The translations under genes were made by a program, and so were the position numbers. This document shows positions 19,884 to 31,894 of a stretch of DNA of 64,000 bases, piece by piece. Source of the DNA: an uncultured Nitrospira sp. (GTDB lineage: Bacteria > Nitrospirota > Nitrospiria > SBBL01 > JAADHI01). The notes under the pieces are model-generated. The model was not told where the DNA came from and searched no databases. It saw only the letters and a program-made list of their open reading frames with translations. The DNA lies in contig CAYVHO010000009.1 of assembly GCA_964451325.1 (NCBI GenBank), forward strand, positions 28,876-92,875. Reading direction: 5' to 3'. Positions within the stretch are counted from its first letter, which is position 1. Every line of letters begins with the position of its first letter.

Positions 19884-21206
19884 ATGCTAGAAAATATTAC
19901 AAAACGTCTGGATAAGCTCTTTAGAAAAATCCGGGGACGCGGGCTTTTAACCGAAGAAAATATCGACGAAACCCTTCGAGAAGTACGTTTTGCTTTACTG
20001 GAATCGGACGTGCATTTTAAGGTTGCGAAGCGCTTCTGCGAGGCCGTTCGGAAAAAGGCGGTTGGCAAGGCCGTGCTTGAGAGTCTTACACCCGGACAAC
20101 AGGTCGTCAAAATTGTTTCGGAAGAGCTGACCGAGTTGATGGGGGGCCAAAGCAAGGGACTTGCGCTTGCGGCCCTTCCCCCAACGGTTGTCATGTTGGT
20201 GGGACTTCAAGGTTCAGGAAAAACCACCACTGCGGGAAAACTGGCCCTGTTTTTTAAGGAAAAAGACAAACGTGTTCTTTTGGTCGCAGCTGATCTTCAA
20301 CGTCCAGCCGCTGTTGAGCAATTGCAAACACTGGGTAAATCCATAGAAGTATCGGTTGTTTCCCCTAATTCTGAAAAAAATCCTGTGGCGGCAGCCGAAA
20401 AAGGGATTGAATATGGCAGGACCCACGGTTTTGATGTTGTAATCCTGGATACAGCGGGACGGATTGAGGTTGATGAAGTCTTAATGTCCGAGTTGTCTGA
20501 GATGAAGGTCCGCACAAAACCTGATGAAATTTTGCTGGTTGCGGACGCCATGACGGGTCAGGTGGCAGTGAATGTTGCCGAAACCTTTCATCAAAAACTT
20601 GTTTTGACCGGAGTGGTTTTAACAAAGACAGAGGGAGACGCCAGAGGCGGTGCCATTTTGTCCATCCGTGCGGTAACCGGTGCGCCGGTACGCTTTATCG
20701 GAACGGGAGAAAAGCTCGATGCCCTGGAGCTGTTTCACCCGGATCGTATGGCCTCACGTATTTTGGGTATGGGAGATGTGCTTTCTCTCGTAGAGCTGGC
20801 GCAAGAAAAAACAGATCTGGCCGAGGCTGCCCTCCTTGAGCAAAAAATACGGAAAGACCAGTTTACCCTGGATGATTTTAGTTCCCAGCTCAATCAAATG
20901 AAAAAAATGGGCGGTGCGGCAAAACTCATGCAAATGATTCCGGGAATGCAGCGCATGAAGGCAATGCCGGACCAAGCAAAAGTCGAGCGGGAGATGAAGT
21001 CGGTACAGGCCATGATTTCCTCCATGACAAGAAGAGAACGGCGAGAACCGGGCATTATCACAGGAAGTCGTCGAAAAAGAATTTCCAGGGGAAGTGGCAC
21101 ATCGGTTCAGGAGCTGAACCGGCTGTTGAAGCAGTTTTATCAGGCAAAAAAAATGATGAAGCGCATGTCCTCTGGAAAAAGAATGGGCATGATGCCGGGG
21201 CTTTAG
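19884..21206 (+). CDS. ffh: Signal recognition particle protein
   Basis: GLQGSGKTT, DTAGR, DARGG, FHPDRMASRILGMGD, M-domain. Confidence 0.97.
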   Translation: MLENITKRLDKLFRKIRGRGLLTEENIDETLREVRFALLESDVHFKVAKRFCEAVRKKAVGKAVLESLTPGQQVVKIVSEELTELMGGQSKGLALAALPPTVVMLVGLQGSGKTTTAGKLALFFKEKDKRVLLVAADLQRPAAVEQLQTLGKSIEVSVVSPNSEKNPVAAAEKGIEYGRTHGFDVVILDTAGRIEVDEVLMSELSEMKVRTKPDEILLVADAMTGQVAVNVAETFHQKLVLTGVVLTKTEGDARGGAILSIRAVTGAPVRFIGTGEKLDALELFHPDRMASRILGMGDVLSLVELAQEKTDLAEAALLEQKIRKDQFTLDDFSSQLNQMKKMGGAAKLMQMIPGMQRMKAMPDQAKVEREMKSVQAMISSMTRRERREPGIITGSRRKRISRGSGTSVQELNRLLKQFYQAKKMMKRMSSGKRMGMMPGL

Positions 21207-21316
21207 TTAGGGCCTGGTCAATCGCTTAGGTTTTGAGTCCTATTTGGAACACTTAGAACAGTACTCAACCTACAAGATTTGTGGCTTGAGTATCATTACA
21301 AACAGAGGGTATTTAG

Positions 21317-21586
21317 ATGGCAGTTAAGATTCGATTGGCCCGAGTGGGCCGGCATAAACGACCTTTTTACCGTGTGGTCGTGGCGAATATAGAGTCGCCG
21401 AGAGACGGAAAATTTATTGAAATTTTAGGAACCTACGATCCCCTTCCTGAAACGGTCGATGTAAACATTCAGGTCGACCGGGCAAAATACTGGTTATCAA
21501 AAGGTGCTTTGCCCACAGATACCGTCAAATCAATTTTCAAGAAATCAAAGCTGTTTCAAGCGCCTTCGGAACAGAAGGCATCATAA
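21317..21586 (+). CDS. rpsP: 30S ribosomal protein S16
   Basis: [28 protein letters not shown]. Confidence 0.97.
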   Translation: MAVKIRLARVGRHKRPFYRVVVANIESPRDGKFIEILGTYDPLPETVDVNIQVDRAKYWLSKGALPTDTVKSIFKKSKLFQAPSEQKAS

Positions 21587-21647
21587 GCGAGAGAGCGAGG
21601 CTTTCGCTCCATATTCCTCTTCTCCCAAGAACTCGGAGGTAGCGTCG

Positions 21648-21878
21648 ATGAAGGATCTCATTGAATATATTGCGAAATCGCTGGTAGATCGACCCGAAAG
21701 TGTTACGGTTAAAGATACTGAAGGTGAAAAGACGACCATCATTGAGCTCAGGGTTGCTCAGGAAGATTTGGGGAAGGTCATTGGCAAGCAGGGTCGAACG
21801 GCACGGGCCATGCGAACCATCTTGAATGCTGCAGGAACAAAAATTGGAAAAAGGTGTGTTCTTGAGATTCTGGAATAA
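21648..21878 (+). CDS. khpA: KH-domain RNA-binding protein (KhpA/YlqC)
   Basis: [31 protein letters not shown]; GGAGG RBS. Confidence 0.93.
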   Translation: MKDLIEYIAKSLVDRPESVTVKDTEGEKTTIIELRVAQEDLGKVIGKQGRTARAMRTILNAAGTKIGKRCVLEILE

Positions 21879-21916
21879 ACCTAACTGGATATCTCGCTTT
21901 TTCAGATTGAAGCCGT

Positions 21917-22432
21917 TTGCATGAAGATTTAGTTACAATTGGAAGGGTGCTCAAACCCCTCGGACTTCAGGGTGAGGTTAAGGTCGCGCTTTTGACCGAT
22001 TTTCCTGCACGTTTTGACAATCTTGAGTCGGTGATTGTTCAACCCAGTGAGGGGAACTCTTTTCGAATCCACATCGCGCGTGTCCGTCACGGTGCTCCTT
22101 TTGTTTATTTGTCTTTTGTGGGTTTGACTCATATTGATGCGGTTAGCGCCTTGCAAGGCGCTTTGTTGCAGGTTCCGGTTTCCGAGCGTATCTCGCTCCC
22201 AAAAGATCGTTATTTTCAGTCCGACCTTGTAGGGATGGATGTCTATACGACTGAGGATATGTTTTTAGGCAAGATTGGCAGTATTATTGAGACGGGAAGT
22301 CGAGACGTGTTTGTTGTCGCAGACGGGCCAAAGGAATTTATGGTCCCCGCCCATCCGAAATTTGTGATATCCGTTGATCTGCTGCGAAAGCGGATCGTGC
22401 TTGATGCGGTTGAAGGTTTGTTGGATTTATAA
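21917..22432 (+). CDS. rimM: Ribosome maturation factor RimM
   Basis: IGRV.KP.GLQGEVKV, YFQSDLVG, PRC-barrel C-terminus, synteny. Confidence 0.92.
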   Translation: MHEDLVTIGRVLKPLGLQGEVKVALLTDFPARFDNLESVIVQPSEGNSFRIHIARVRHGAPFVYLSFVGLTHIDAVSALQGALLQVPVSERISLPKDRYFQSDLVGMDVYTTEDMFLGKIGSIIETGSRDVFVVADGPKEFMVPAHPKFVISVDLLRKRIVLDAVEGLLDL

Positions 22433-23175
22433 TGCGTTGTGATGTCATTACTTTATTTCCAGAGTTGATTCGTTCGTCCTTGGGAGAAAGTATTTTGAAC
22501 CGTGCCCAGGCAAACGCTTTGCTGGATGTTCAGATTCACCAACTCAGAGATTTTGCGATGGATAAACACCACACAACGGACGATGCGCCCTACGGGGGCG
22601 GCGGAGGAATGTTACTCAAACCCGAGCCGATTTTTGCAGCCGTTGAAAAAATAAAGTCCTTGCGAGATGGAGACCTTCGCATTATTATGCCCAGCCCACA
22701 GGGAAAGATTTTTAGTCAAAAGATAGCAGAAGATTTTTCCCAGGATAAGCGCACATTGGTTTTTATTTGTGGACATTATGAGGGCATCGATGCCCGTGTG
22801 ACACAAGGGCTTGAAATTGAAGAAATTTCGCTTGGCGATTATATTTTAACCGGAGGTGAATTGCCTGCGGTGACAATGATTGATGCCGCTGCCCGCTTGC
22901 TGCCGGGTGTGTTGGGGGGTGCAAGCTCCGCCTTAGAGGAGTCCTTTGAGAACTCGCTCTTGGAATACCCACATTATACGCGTCCCTACGAATTTCGAGG
23001 CATGCAAGTCCCGAAGGTACTGCTTTCAGGGAATCATGCGGCCATCAGGGATTGGCGAAGAAAAAATGCAATTATTAAAACACAGGAACGGCGACCAGAC
23101 TTACTGACAGAAGCCGTTTTAAGCTTGGATGAACAACAAGGTTTGTCGTCTGGGCCTTGTTTAATGGAAAAATAG
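22432..23175 (+). CDS. trmD: tRNA (guanine37-N1)-methyltransferase
   Basis: DDAPYGGGGGM, CGHYEGID, SLGDYILTGGE, PHYTRP, SGNH. Confidence 0.97.
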   Translation: MRCDVITLFPELIRSSLGESILNRAQANALLDVQIHQLRDFAMDKHHTTDDAPYGGGGGMLLKPEPIFAAVEKIKSLRDGDLRIIMPSPQGKIFSQKIAEDFSQDKRTLVFICGHYEGIDARVTQGLEIEEISLGDYILTGGELPAVTMIDAAARLLPGVLGGASSALEESFENSLLEYPHYTRPYEFRGMQVPKVLLSGNHAAIRDWRRKNAIIKTQERRPDLLTEAVLSLDEQQGLSSGPCLMEK

Positions 23176-23248
23176 ACAGATCGCGAAATAAGCCCGGGAC
23201 CTCATTTTCAAGGGATTGTTCCGGGAACAAAGAAGGAGAGTACAAGAA

Positions 23249-23656
23249 ATGAATCGTTTGGAACGGCTGGAAGTGGGCCTTGAGAAAAAAGATGCCCCGG
23301 AAATGAAAATTGGAGATACGGTTCGCGTACATGTGCGAATCAAAGAGGGGGATAAAGAGCGTATCCAGGTTTATGAAGGGATTGTGATTCGTAAAAAAGG
23401 CACACGAAACCGCAGAACCTTTACGGTGCGCAAAACATCATTTGGCATTGGTGTTGAGCGGATTTTCCCCTTTCATTCCCCCTTTGTCGACAAAGTTGAG
23501 ACCTTGAGAGAGGGCAAAGTTCGCAGAGCAAAACTTTATTATTTGCGTTCAAGAACAGGTCGCGCTGCACGGATTGCAGAAAAAGAACGTGTCCGGCCCG
23601 CAAAGAAAAAGGCTGTTGTCGCAACACCCGTGTCTTCCACCGAGCCTGAAGCCTAA
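23249..23656 (+). CDS. rplS: 50S ribosomal protein L19
   Basis: [38 protein letters not shown]. Confidence 0.97.
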   Translation: MNRLERLEVGLEKKDAPEMKIGDTVRVHVRIKEGDKERIQVYEGIVIRKKGTRNRRTFTVRKTSFGIGVERIFPFHSPFVDKVETLREGKVRRAKLYYLRSRTGRAARIAEKERVRPAKKKAVVATPVSSTEPEA

Positions 23657-23673
23657 ACAGACTTCTCGATCAT

Positions 23674-24288
23674 TTGAAAGATAACGCCCCTTCAAATATG
23701 ACTTCTTTTGAAGACGCCTTGTATGCCTCTGGTCATCGGTTTATCTGTGGCATTGACGAAGCAGGCAGGGGGCCACTGGCGGGGCCTGTTGTTGCCGCTG
23801 CGGTGATTTTGCCTCAAAATTGTCTCATGGAAGGCCTTCGAGATTCAAAAAAATTATCGGTCCGACGGCGTGAATTCTTTTTTGATGAGATCCATGAAAA
23901 AGCGCAGGCTGTGGGTGTGGGTATCGTCGACAATGAAATAATTGATAAAATTAACATTCTTCAGGCCACCTTACTTGCCATGCGACAGGCCTTTAAGTCA
24001 CTTTCAATCAAAGCGGATGCGCTCTTGGTTGACGCACTGACCCTGCCTGAGATCGGAATCCCTCAGCAGGGCATTATTCGTGGAGATGATCGATCGCTCA
24101 GTATCGCAGCGGCCTCCGTGATCGCAAAAGTCACACGAGATCGTCTCATGTGTGAATATCACGAACAATTCCCTGCCTACCAGTTTCATCGACACAAGGG
24201 TTATGGGACACGTGAACATCTACAGAACATAAAGGTGAATGGCCCATGTCCCCTGCACAGAAAGACATTTCGCGGCGTCATCTGCTGA
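23674..24288 (+). CDS. rnhB: Ribonuclease HII
   Basis: GIDEAGRGPLAGPV, DSKKL, IAAASVIAKVTRD, HKGYGT, HRKTF. Confidence 0.96.
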   Translation: MKDNAPSNMTSFEDALYASGHRFICGIDEAGRGPLAGPVVAAAVILPQNCLMEGLRDSKKLSVRRREFFFDEIHEKAQAVGVGIVDNEIIDKINILQATLLAMRQAFKSLSIKADALLVDALTLPEIGIPQQGIIRGDDRSLSIAAASVIAKVTRDRLMCEYHEQFPAYQFHRHKGYGTREHLQNIKVNGPCPLHRKTFRGVIC

Positions 24289-24635
24289 CGGGTGCTGCAG
24301 GTGAGGATTACGCCGTCCGCTATCTTCAAACCTTGGGGTATCGGATTGTTCAGCGGAATTACCGGACGCGGATTGGCGAAATCGATATTATTGCACGTGA
24401 AGGAGATGTACTTGTTTTTGTCGAAGTCAAAACACGCACAGGACGAAATTTCGGGCTACCTCAGTCTGCGGTTGATGCCAGGAAGCAGCTTAAAATTACA
24501 CGTGTCGCCATGACATATCTCAGCAAAAAAAAGGAAACCACGGCATTTTGTCGTTTTGATATTGTTGCGGTTCAGAAAGAAGGCAAGGATTTCAAAATCG
24601 AATTGATTCGCAATGCCTTTGAAATGACGCTTTAA
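24246..24635 (+). CDS. yraN: YraN family putative endonuclease
   Basis: GED.A..YL, RNYR...GEIDII, FVEVKTR, RFDIV, NAF. Confidence 0.93.
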   Translation: MSPAQKDISRRHLLTGAAGEDYAVRYLQTLGYRIVQRNYRTRIGEIDIIAREGDVLVFVEVKTRTGRNFGLPQSAVDARKQLKITRVAMTYLSKKKETTAFCRFDIVAVQKEGKDFKIELIRNAFEMTL

Positions 24636-24662
24636 TTTAAAAAAAGCGGTATACTGAAAACG

Positions 24663-25106
24663 ATGTTTATCGGGGTTAATACAAATATTAGGTATAAAAA
24701 TGAAACCTTCCATATCCAGACAGAGGATGGCGGATTGGATCATCATACCTTGACGACAATCTTGTTTAAGAAGGGCGCAATTCTTTCTTCGAAAAAAACA
24801 AGTTATATCGACATCGAAAAATCTCCGACCTATAACGACACGATCAAGACAATGATGCAGGAACAACATAAACAGATGGCGCGTGATTTAATCAGTGGAA
24901 AATTTGAAAATTCAATAAACCTCAAAAAAGAAAAATCTTCTCCCGAAACAAAAAAGGCTTCTGAAAAAAGTAAGACCTCAGTCGCTACGGACAATGCAAA
25001 AAAAGAAGCGGCTTTCGCCGGGGCAGGGCAAAACCCTGACCAGGAAGATCCTTTGAAGGGTCTGATTTTTGACTATCTGGAAAAGAAAGATGCCAGGCGC
25101 GGATAG
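24663..25106 (+). CDS. Conserved hypothetical protein
   Basis: G.NTNI..K.E.FHIQTEDGG and M..QHK.M...L..G motifs, low-complexity linker, C-terminal LI.DYL. Confidence 0.7.
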   Translation: MFIGVNTNIRYKNETFHIQTEDGGLDHHTLTTILFKKGAILSSKKTSYIDIEKSPTYNDTIKTMMQEQHKQMARDLISGKFENSINLKKEKSSPETKKASEKSKTSVATDNAKKEAAFAGAGQNPDQEDPLKGLIFDYLEKKDARRG

Positions 25107-25227
25107 AATCCAGCCATCAAAACCTCCTATACGCTCCGACTGTGTTCCACGCTTTTTGTCTTGATTGTATAATGCTCTCCTCAGCTTCCTCGTGCTCTAA
25201 TTGTTTCTCGGAGTTTTTAAGGCCATC

Positions 25228-25896
25228 ATGATTCAAATGTTCCATGTCTCTAAATATTACCGAAAAGACTTTTTGGCCTTGGATGATATCAATCTAAAAA
25301 TTGATAAAGGTGAGTTTGTTTTTGTGACCGGTTCGAGTGGTGCAGGGAAATCAACCTTATTGAAACTCATTTTTTGTGAAGAACGGGCCGATCAGGGACA
25401 GATTCTTATTGGGGGGAAAAATGTTTCTCGTTTGAAAGAGCGTCAAATCCCCTTTGTTCGTCGCAATATTGGGTTTGTGTTTCAGGATTTTAAACTCGTC
25501 AAACGCAAAACTGTCTTTGATAATGTGGCACTGCCACTCGAAATTGTGGGGGCATCGCGTACAGAAATCAAAAAAAGGGTGCATGAGGTCCTAAAAATGG
25601 TTCGTATTGAACACCGTCAATCGCAACGTCCTGCTTACCTTTCCGGGGGAGAACAACAGCGGGTTGCGATCGCACGAGCTTTGGTCAATCGTCCTGCCAT
25701 TTTGCTTGCGGACGAGCCGACAGGAAATTTAGATGAAGACCTTGCGATGGATATCGTTGGACTTTTGCGAAATATTCAAACGGCTGGAACGACCGTCGTT
25801 GTTGCAACACATGATCGCCATCTTTTTGAAAAGATTTCAAGGCGAAGGCTGATTTTAGACCAGGGCCGAATTATTTCGGACGGTATCCCTGAATGA
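25228..25896 (+). CDS. ftsE: Cell division ABC ATPase FtsE
   Basis: GSSGAGKST, VFQDFKL, LSGGEQQRV, ADEPTGNLD; upstream of ftsX. Confidence 0.94.
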   Translation: MIQMFHVSKYYRKDFLALDDINLKIDKGEFVFVTGSSGAGKSTLLKLIFCEERADQGQILIGGKNVSRLKERQIPFVRRNIGFVFQDFKLVKRKTVFDNVALPLEIVGASRTEIKKRVHEVLKMVRIEHRQSQRPAYLSGGEQQRVAIARALVNRPAILLADEPTGNLDEDLAMDIVGLLRNIQTAGTTVVVATHDRHLFEKISRRRLILDQGRIISDGIPE

Positions 25897-26813
25897 GGCA
25901 ATTTTATTACCATCTTAAAACCGCGTTTGAAAATATCCAATTGAATCAGACGATGGGCTTTTTCTCTCTTATTTCTCTGGGTTTGACGCTGATGCTTTTT
26001 GGGATTTTTTTGCTTTTTTATGGAAATGTACAGGGATTTGTGCAAAACATGCGTGAAAGTGTGCAATTTAGCATCTACCTCAAGGATAGCGCAGATCAGA
26101 ATGCCATTCACAAACTTAAAGAAAGACTGAATGACGATCAACGGATTTTGTCCTCGACCTATATTTCTAAAGAAGAAGCGTTGAAAATTTTCAATGCTTC
26201 TTTTCATGACAAGGGTTTAATTGCGCGTTTGGGCGAAAACCCTCTGCCCGCCTCCTTTGAGGTCATTGTCAAAGCCGACTATCAGGAAGCAAAATCACTC
26301 GAAGAAATCATAACGATCTTTGCCGGTTTTTCGGGGGTTGAAGAGGTCCAATATGGTTCGGAGTGGCTTGAGAATTTAAATGCTTTTTTGAACTTACTGC
26401 GTCTGGTGGGTGTCGGCATTGGTGGTTTTTTGGCCGTCACGATCACGACCAATATTGCGAATACCATCCGGCTTCATTTTTACAATCGACGTGAGGAAAT
26501 TGAAATCATGAAGCTCATTGGCGCGACCCACGGGTTCATTAAAATTCCCTTTTTTATCGAGGGGCTACTCATGGGTGCGATGAGTAGTCTTATTGCAATT
26601 TTCCTTCTTTTTTTACTTTTCGATTTTGTAAAAGACTACCTTGAAGTATTCTTGGCCTCAATGGGGAGCCTTGAGGGCTTGCAGTTTTTGCCCCTAAAAT
26701 TCCTGTTTGGCATGATATTAGCGGGAAGTGCCCTGGGTGGAATTGGAAGCTATATTTCACTGAGTCATCTTTTGAGATTGCGTAACCCGGATTATGTTAC
26801 AAAAACACCTTAA
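25893..26813 (+). CDS. ftsX: Cell division permease FtsX
   Basis: ENPLPASF, NTIRL...RREEIEIMKLIGAT..FIK.PF..EG. Confidence 0.94.
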   Translation: MRQFYYHLKTAFENIQLNQTMGFFSLISLGLTLMLFGIFLLFYGNVQGFVQNMRESVQFSIYLKDSADQNAIHKLKERLNDDQRILSSTYISKEEALKIFNASFHDKGLIARLGENPLPASFEVIVKADYQEAKSLEEIITIFAGFSGVEEVQYGSEWLENLNAFLNLLRLVGVGIGGFLAVTITTNIANTIRLHFYNRREEIEIMKLIGATHGFIKIPFFIEGLLMGAMSSLIAIFLLFLLFDFVKDYLEVFLASMGSLEGLQFLPLKFLFGMILAGSALGGIGSYISLSHLLRLRNPDYVTKTP

Positions 26814-27993
26814 AACAATCGTCTACTCCTCCTGCTTTTTCTTTGCCCTGCTGGTCTTCTCAGCCCCCGTAGGTGTATTTGCAGAGACTGCATCGGAGAT
26901 GAACCAAAAAATTAAGAAAGAAAGACGCGCGCTCAAAAAAATAGAATCGGAAATAGCAAAAAATAAAAAAAGTGGCCTGCAAGCAAAGAAAAAAGAGCGA
27001 TCTTTGCTTGCAGAGATGGAGGTCATTGATCGTCGTCTGATCTTGTTAAAAAAAGAAGCCGCTTTACTTGAGCTGGAAATCGGAAAAAAGGAGAAAGAAG
27101 CCTCAGTCCTTTCAGCACGGATCAAAGCGGTTTCATTGGACATTAAAACGGGCCGAACCATTATCCTGGCGCGTGTCAAATCGATCTATAAAGAAAAACA
27201 AGGTGCTGCTTTTAAGATTTTATTCGCGGCTCAAGACTATCCTGACTTACTCCGAAAAATTCAATACTTAAAAATCGTCGCTCAAAAAGAGGACGAGACA
27301 CTGACACAATTCAAAGCCAGGCAAGTAGAGCTCGAAGAGAAAAAAGGGCTTTTGACAGAAGTAATGGAGCACATGATTTCGGATCGAGAAGCCCTTGCCC
27401 TAAAGCTCTCCCAGAGCCGGGGTGAACGCAAGAAAAAAGATCGGTTTTTGAGCCGAGTGCGAAAAGAGAGGACTTTTTTCAAAAAAGCGATTACGGAGAT
27501 GGGGCAGTCCTCCAAAAAGCTCCAGGGCTTGATTCTTACCCTAGAGAAGAAAAAAAAGGCGCTTCGCGTCGCAATTCCTGGACGGTTTTCCGCAGCCCGC
27601 GGTAAACTACGGTGGCCAAATGATGGCAAGCTTGTCTCACGTTTTGGACGTCAGAAACATCCCCGATTTAATGAAATGATTTATCGAAAAGGGATTGAAA
27701 TTACGCCAGGGCGGGGCGGTGAAGTGCGCAGCATTTTTGGGGGTGAGGTGGTCTACGCTGACTGGTTTCGGGGTTATGGCATGATGGTCATGATTGACCA
27801 TGGGGAAAACTACTACTCTCTTTATGCACATTTGGCTCAGCTATTGGTTGGCGTTGGGGATCAAGTCAAAAAAGACCACATTGTGGGTGAAATTGGGGGT
27901 ACGGGTTTATCCGAGGGTTCAAAACTATATTTCGAAATACGACATCAGGGAAAACCAACAAATCCAATTTCCTGGCTTCAAAAAAGACCTTGA
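26794..27993 (+). CDS. envC: Murein hydrolase activator EnvC (coiled coil plus degenerate M23)
   Basis: Signal peptide, long coiled coil, LRWP..G, GYG..V.IDHG, LYFEIR (no HxH). Confidence 0.9.
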   Translation: MLQKHLKTIVYSSCFFFALLVFSAPVGVFAETASEMNQKIKKERRALKKIESEIAKNKKSGLQAKKKERSLLAEMEVIDRRLILLKKEAALLELEIGKKEKEASVLSARIKAVSLDIKTGRTIILARVKSIYKEKQGAAFKILFAAQDYPDLLRKIQYLKIVAQKEDETLTQFKARQVELEEKKGLLTEVMEHMISDREALALKLSQSRGERKKKDRFLSRVRKERTFFKKAITEMGQSSKKLQGLILTLEKKKKALRVAIPGRFSAARGKLRWPNDGKLVSRFGRQKHPRFNEMIYRKGIEITPGRGGEVRSIFGGEVVYADWFRGYGMMVMIDHGENYYSLYAHLAQLLVGVGDQVKKDHIVGEIGGTGLSEGSKLYFEIRHQGKPTNPISWLQKRP

Positions 27994-28140
27994 GACATGT
28001 TAGACTAACGTAGATTTTTTCCCTGTGATAAACTAGGTCTAATTGAGAAAATTTAGAGTGTTGTTAAGTAGATAAAGAAAGCGCATTACAGAAGCGATAT
28101 TTGTTCTTTGTGCTTCGGGACGTCCTTGGGAGATTGGAAA

Positions 28141-29490
28141 ATGGGGATTAAGAAAAAAATGCGTGTGAGCGTCCTGCTCATGACCACTTTTGCTGTTTTG
28201 GCTTTTGTGGTCTTTTCTGGAGGCAGTTTCCACGAGGGGGTTTCTGCCGAGACGGATGATTACCAGGATTTGAAAGTTTTTTCAGAAGTCCTTTCCGCGC
28301 TTAAAAAAAATTACGTTGAGCCTGTTGATACAAAAAAACTGGTTTATGGTGCAGTGAAGGGCATGCTCAATACCCTAGATGCCCATACCGCCTTTATGCC
28401 GCCCGAAGTTTATAAAGAAATGCAAGTAGATACACGCGGAGAGTTTGGTGGTCTGGGTCTTCAGATTTCAATTAAGGATAAAAGACTTGTGGTGGTTGCG
28501 CCCATAGCAGATACCCCTGCGGCCAAAGTTGGCATCAAGTCGGGTGACGTTATCTTAAAGGTAGACGAGTTTGTCATGACCGAGGACTCGACCCTAATGG
28601 ATGCCGTGCAAAAAATGAGGGGTCGTAAAGGCACGGCGGTAACCTTGACAATTAAACGGGCTTCTGAGCTGGAAGACTTAATTTTCACGATGATTCGGGA
28701 TATTATTCGGATTAAAAGTGTACGCTCAAGGATCCTTGAGCCTGGCGTCGGTTACATTCGTTTGACTCAATTCCAAGAACATACGTCGCGAGATCTTTCA
28801 GGTGCAATTACTAAATTGTTGAATGAGGACATTCATTCCCTTGTTTTGGATCTCAGAAATAATCCGGGAGGTTTGTTGAATGCGGCAAACGATGTTTCAG
28901 AACAATTTCTCCAAAATGGTCAACTCATCGTTTCCGTCAAGTCGCGAGAAGGCAAAGAAGATGAATACATCGCGGGTCGCTCAAGTCGCTTGGAGCGAAT
29001 GCCGATCATCGTCCTGGTGAATGAAGGCAGTGCAAGTGCATCCGAAATTGTTGCGGGGGCTTTACAGGATTGGAAACGGGCGGTTGTCGTCGGAACCCAG
29101 ACTTTTGGGAAGGGTTCTGTGCAAACGATCCTGCCTTTGTCCGATGGTTCTGCGATTCGGCTTACCACAGCAAAATATTACACACCCAGCGGTCGTTCCA
29201 TTCAAAATACAGGCATTACGCCTGACATTATCGTGCGCCCGGAAGTGACAAAAGTCATTCAGTCTTCCCCAATTCTTCGGGAAAAGGATTTAGATCGGCA
29301 TCTTGAAAATGAACTGCTTCCAGATGCCGATGAACCTGATATAAAAGACGAGACGGATGCATTGCCCACAGATGAAGAAACCCTGGCGGCTCCGGAAGAC
29401 ACACAATTAAAGAAGGCCGTCGATCTTCTAAAGGGATGGCGGATCTTCAAAGAAATGGAGCCTTCCATTATTTCTGCACAAAAAAGATAG
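28141..29490 (+). CDS. ctpA: Carboxyl-terminal processing protease (S41)
   Basis: GEFGGLG PDZ, DLRNNPGG, SASASEIVAGALQD, TFGKGSVQ. Confidence 0.94.
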   Translation: MGIKKKMRVSVLLMTTFAVLAFVVFSGGSFHEGVSAETDDYQDLKVFSEVLSALKKNYVEPVDTKKLVYGAVKGMLNTLDAHTAFMPPEVYKEMQVDTRGEFGGLGLQISIKDKRLVVVAPIADTPAAKVGIKSGDVILKVDEFVMTEDSTLMDAVQKMRGRKGTAVTLTIKRASELEDLIFTMIRDIIRIKSVRSRILEPGVGYIRLTQFQEHTSRDLSGAITKLLNEDIHSLVLDLRNNPGGLLNAANDVSEQFLQNGQLIVSVKSREGKEDEYIAGRSSRLERMPIIVLVNEGSASASEIVAGALQDWKRAVVVGTQTFGKGSVQTILPLSDGSAIRLTTAKYYTPSGRSIQNTGITPDIIVRPEVTKVIQSSPILREKDLDRHLENELLPDADEPDIKDETDALPTDEETLAAPEDTQLKKAVDLLKGWRIFKEMEPSIISAQKR

Positions 29491-29602
29491 GAATAAAGTA
29501 ATAGATTTGCCTCACAAAGCCCTACCTTGCCGGTCTTTATCCCAACCCAAAAAAAACCAAGATCCCCCACTTGATTTTAAGATTTTGATTGTTATATAAC
29601 TG

Positions 29603-29629
29603 TTAGCACTCAGCACGGGAGAGTGCTAA
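29603..29629 (+). promoter_or_regulatory. CIRCE element (HrcA operator) upstream of groESL
   Basis: Exact TTAGCACTC-N9-GAGTGCTAA, just downstream of a TTGATT-N18-TATAAC promoter (29571-29600). Confidence 0.97.
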
Positions 29630-29742
29630 CCGCTCATAAAATAATGGGCTTTGGTGCGGCTGTCCCCAGGTTTTTTGAATTGAGTAAGTCATCTATTCTT
29701 GTCGGATATCCAATAACATCTTTTATAATGAGGAGAAACAGA

Positions 29743-30024
29743 ATGAGTGCAACGAAAACAGCTGTAAAATTTAGACCCCTTAAAGAACGGGTATTTGTCA
29801 GCTACGCGGAAGAACCTGAAAAAACAGCGAGCGGTCTTTATATCCCTGATGCCGCAAAAGAAAAACCACAAAAAGGCCAGGTTGAAGCCATTGGCAGCGA
29901 AGTGAAAGATGTCAAGGTTGGAGAAACCGTTCTTTTTGACAAATATTCCGGGAGCAAGATCAATATCGAAGATATCGAATATTTGATCTTGAAGGAAGAA
30001 GACATTCTAGGGGTAATTGAGTAG
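29743..30024 (+). CDS. groES: Co-chaperonin GroES
   Basis: RPL.ERV, KTASGLYIPDAAKEKP, VKVGETVLF.KYSG; AGGAG RBS. Confidence 0.96.
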   Translation: MSATKTAVKFRPLKERVFVSYAEEPEKTASGLYIPDAAKEKPQKGQVEAIGSEVKDVKVGETVLFDKYSGSKINIEDIEYLILKEEDILGVIE

Positions 30025-30059
30025 ATTTTTCGTTTATTAAATATTGTTAGGAGGAATGA

Positions 30060-31718
<1,659 letters not shown>

Positions 31719-31739
31719 GTCGTTCTTCCCAGAAATGAG

Positions 31740-31781
31740 AGCCCTTCCTTTGCTTGTGATCGCAGAGGGGGGGCTTTTTTT
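31740..31781 (+). terminator. Intrinsic terminator after groEL
   Basis: AGCCCTTCCTTTGC...GCAGAGGGGGGGCT stem followed by a T-run. Confidence 0.8.
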
Positions 31782-31788
31782 GGATCAA

Positions 31789-31818
31789 TTGACTTCGCAC
31801 CGCTGACTTTTTTAGAAT
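31789..31818 (+). promoter_or_regulatory. sigma70-type promoter for trxA
   Basis: TTGACT-N18-TAGAAT. Confidence 0.55.
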
Positions 31819-31894
31819 ACAACGTTACACTAAAAAGCAGTATTTGTGCTCAGAAGGTCATCTAATATAGAATATGAGAGAAGAAGGAGAAAAC

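Noticed and set aside
21262-21292. Hairpin between ffh and rpsP as SRP RNA
   Set aside because: Lacks the SRP domain IV motif and is too short; probably a leader or processing stem.
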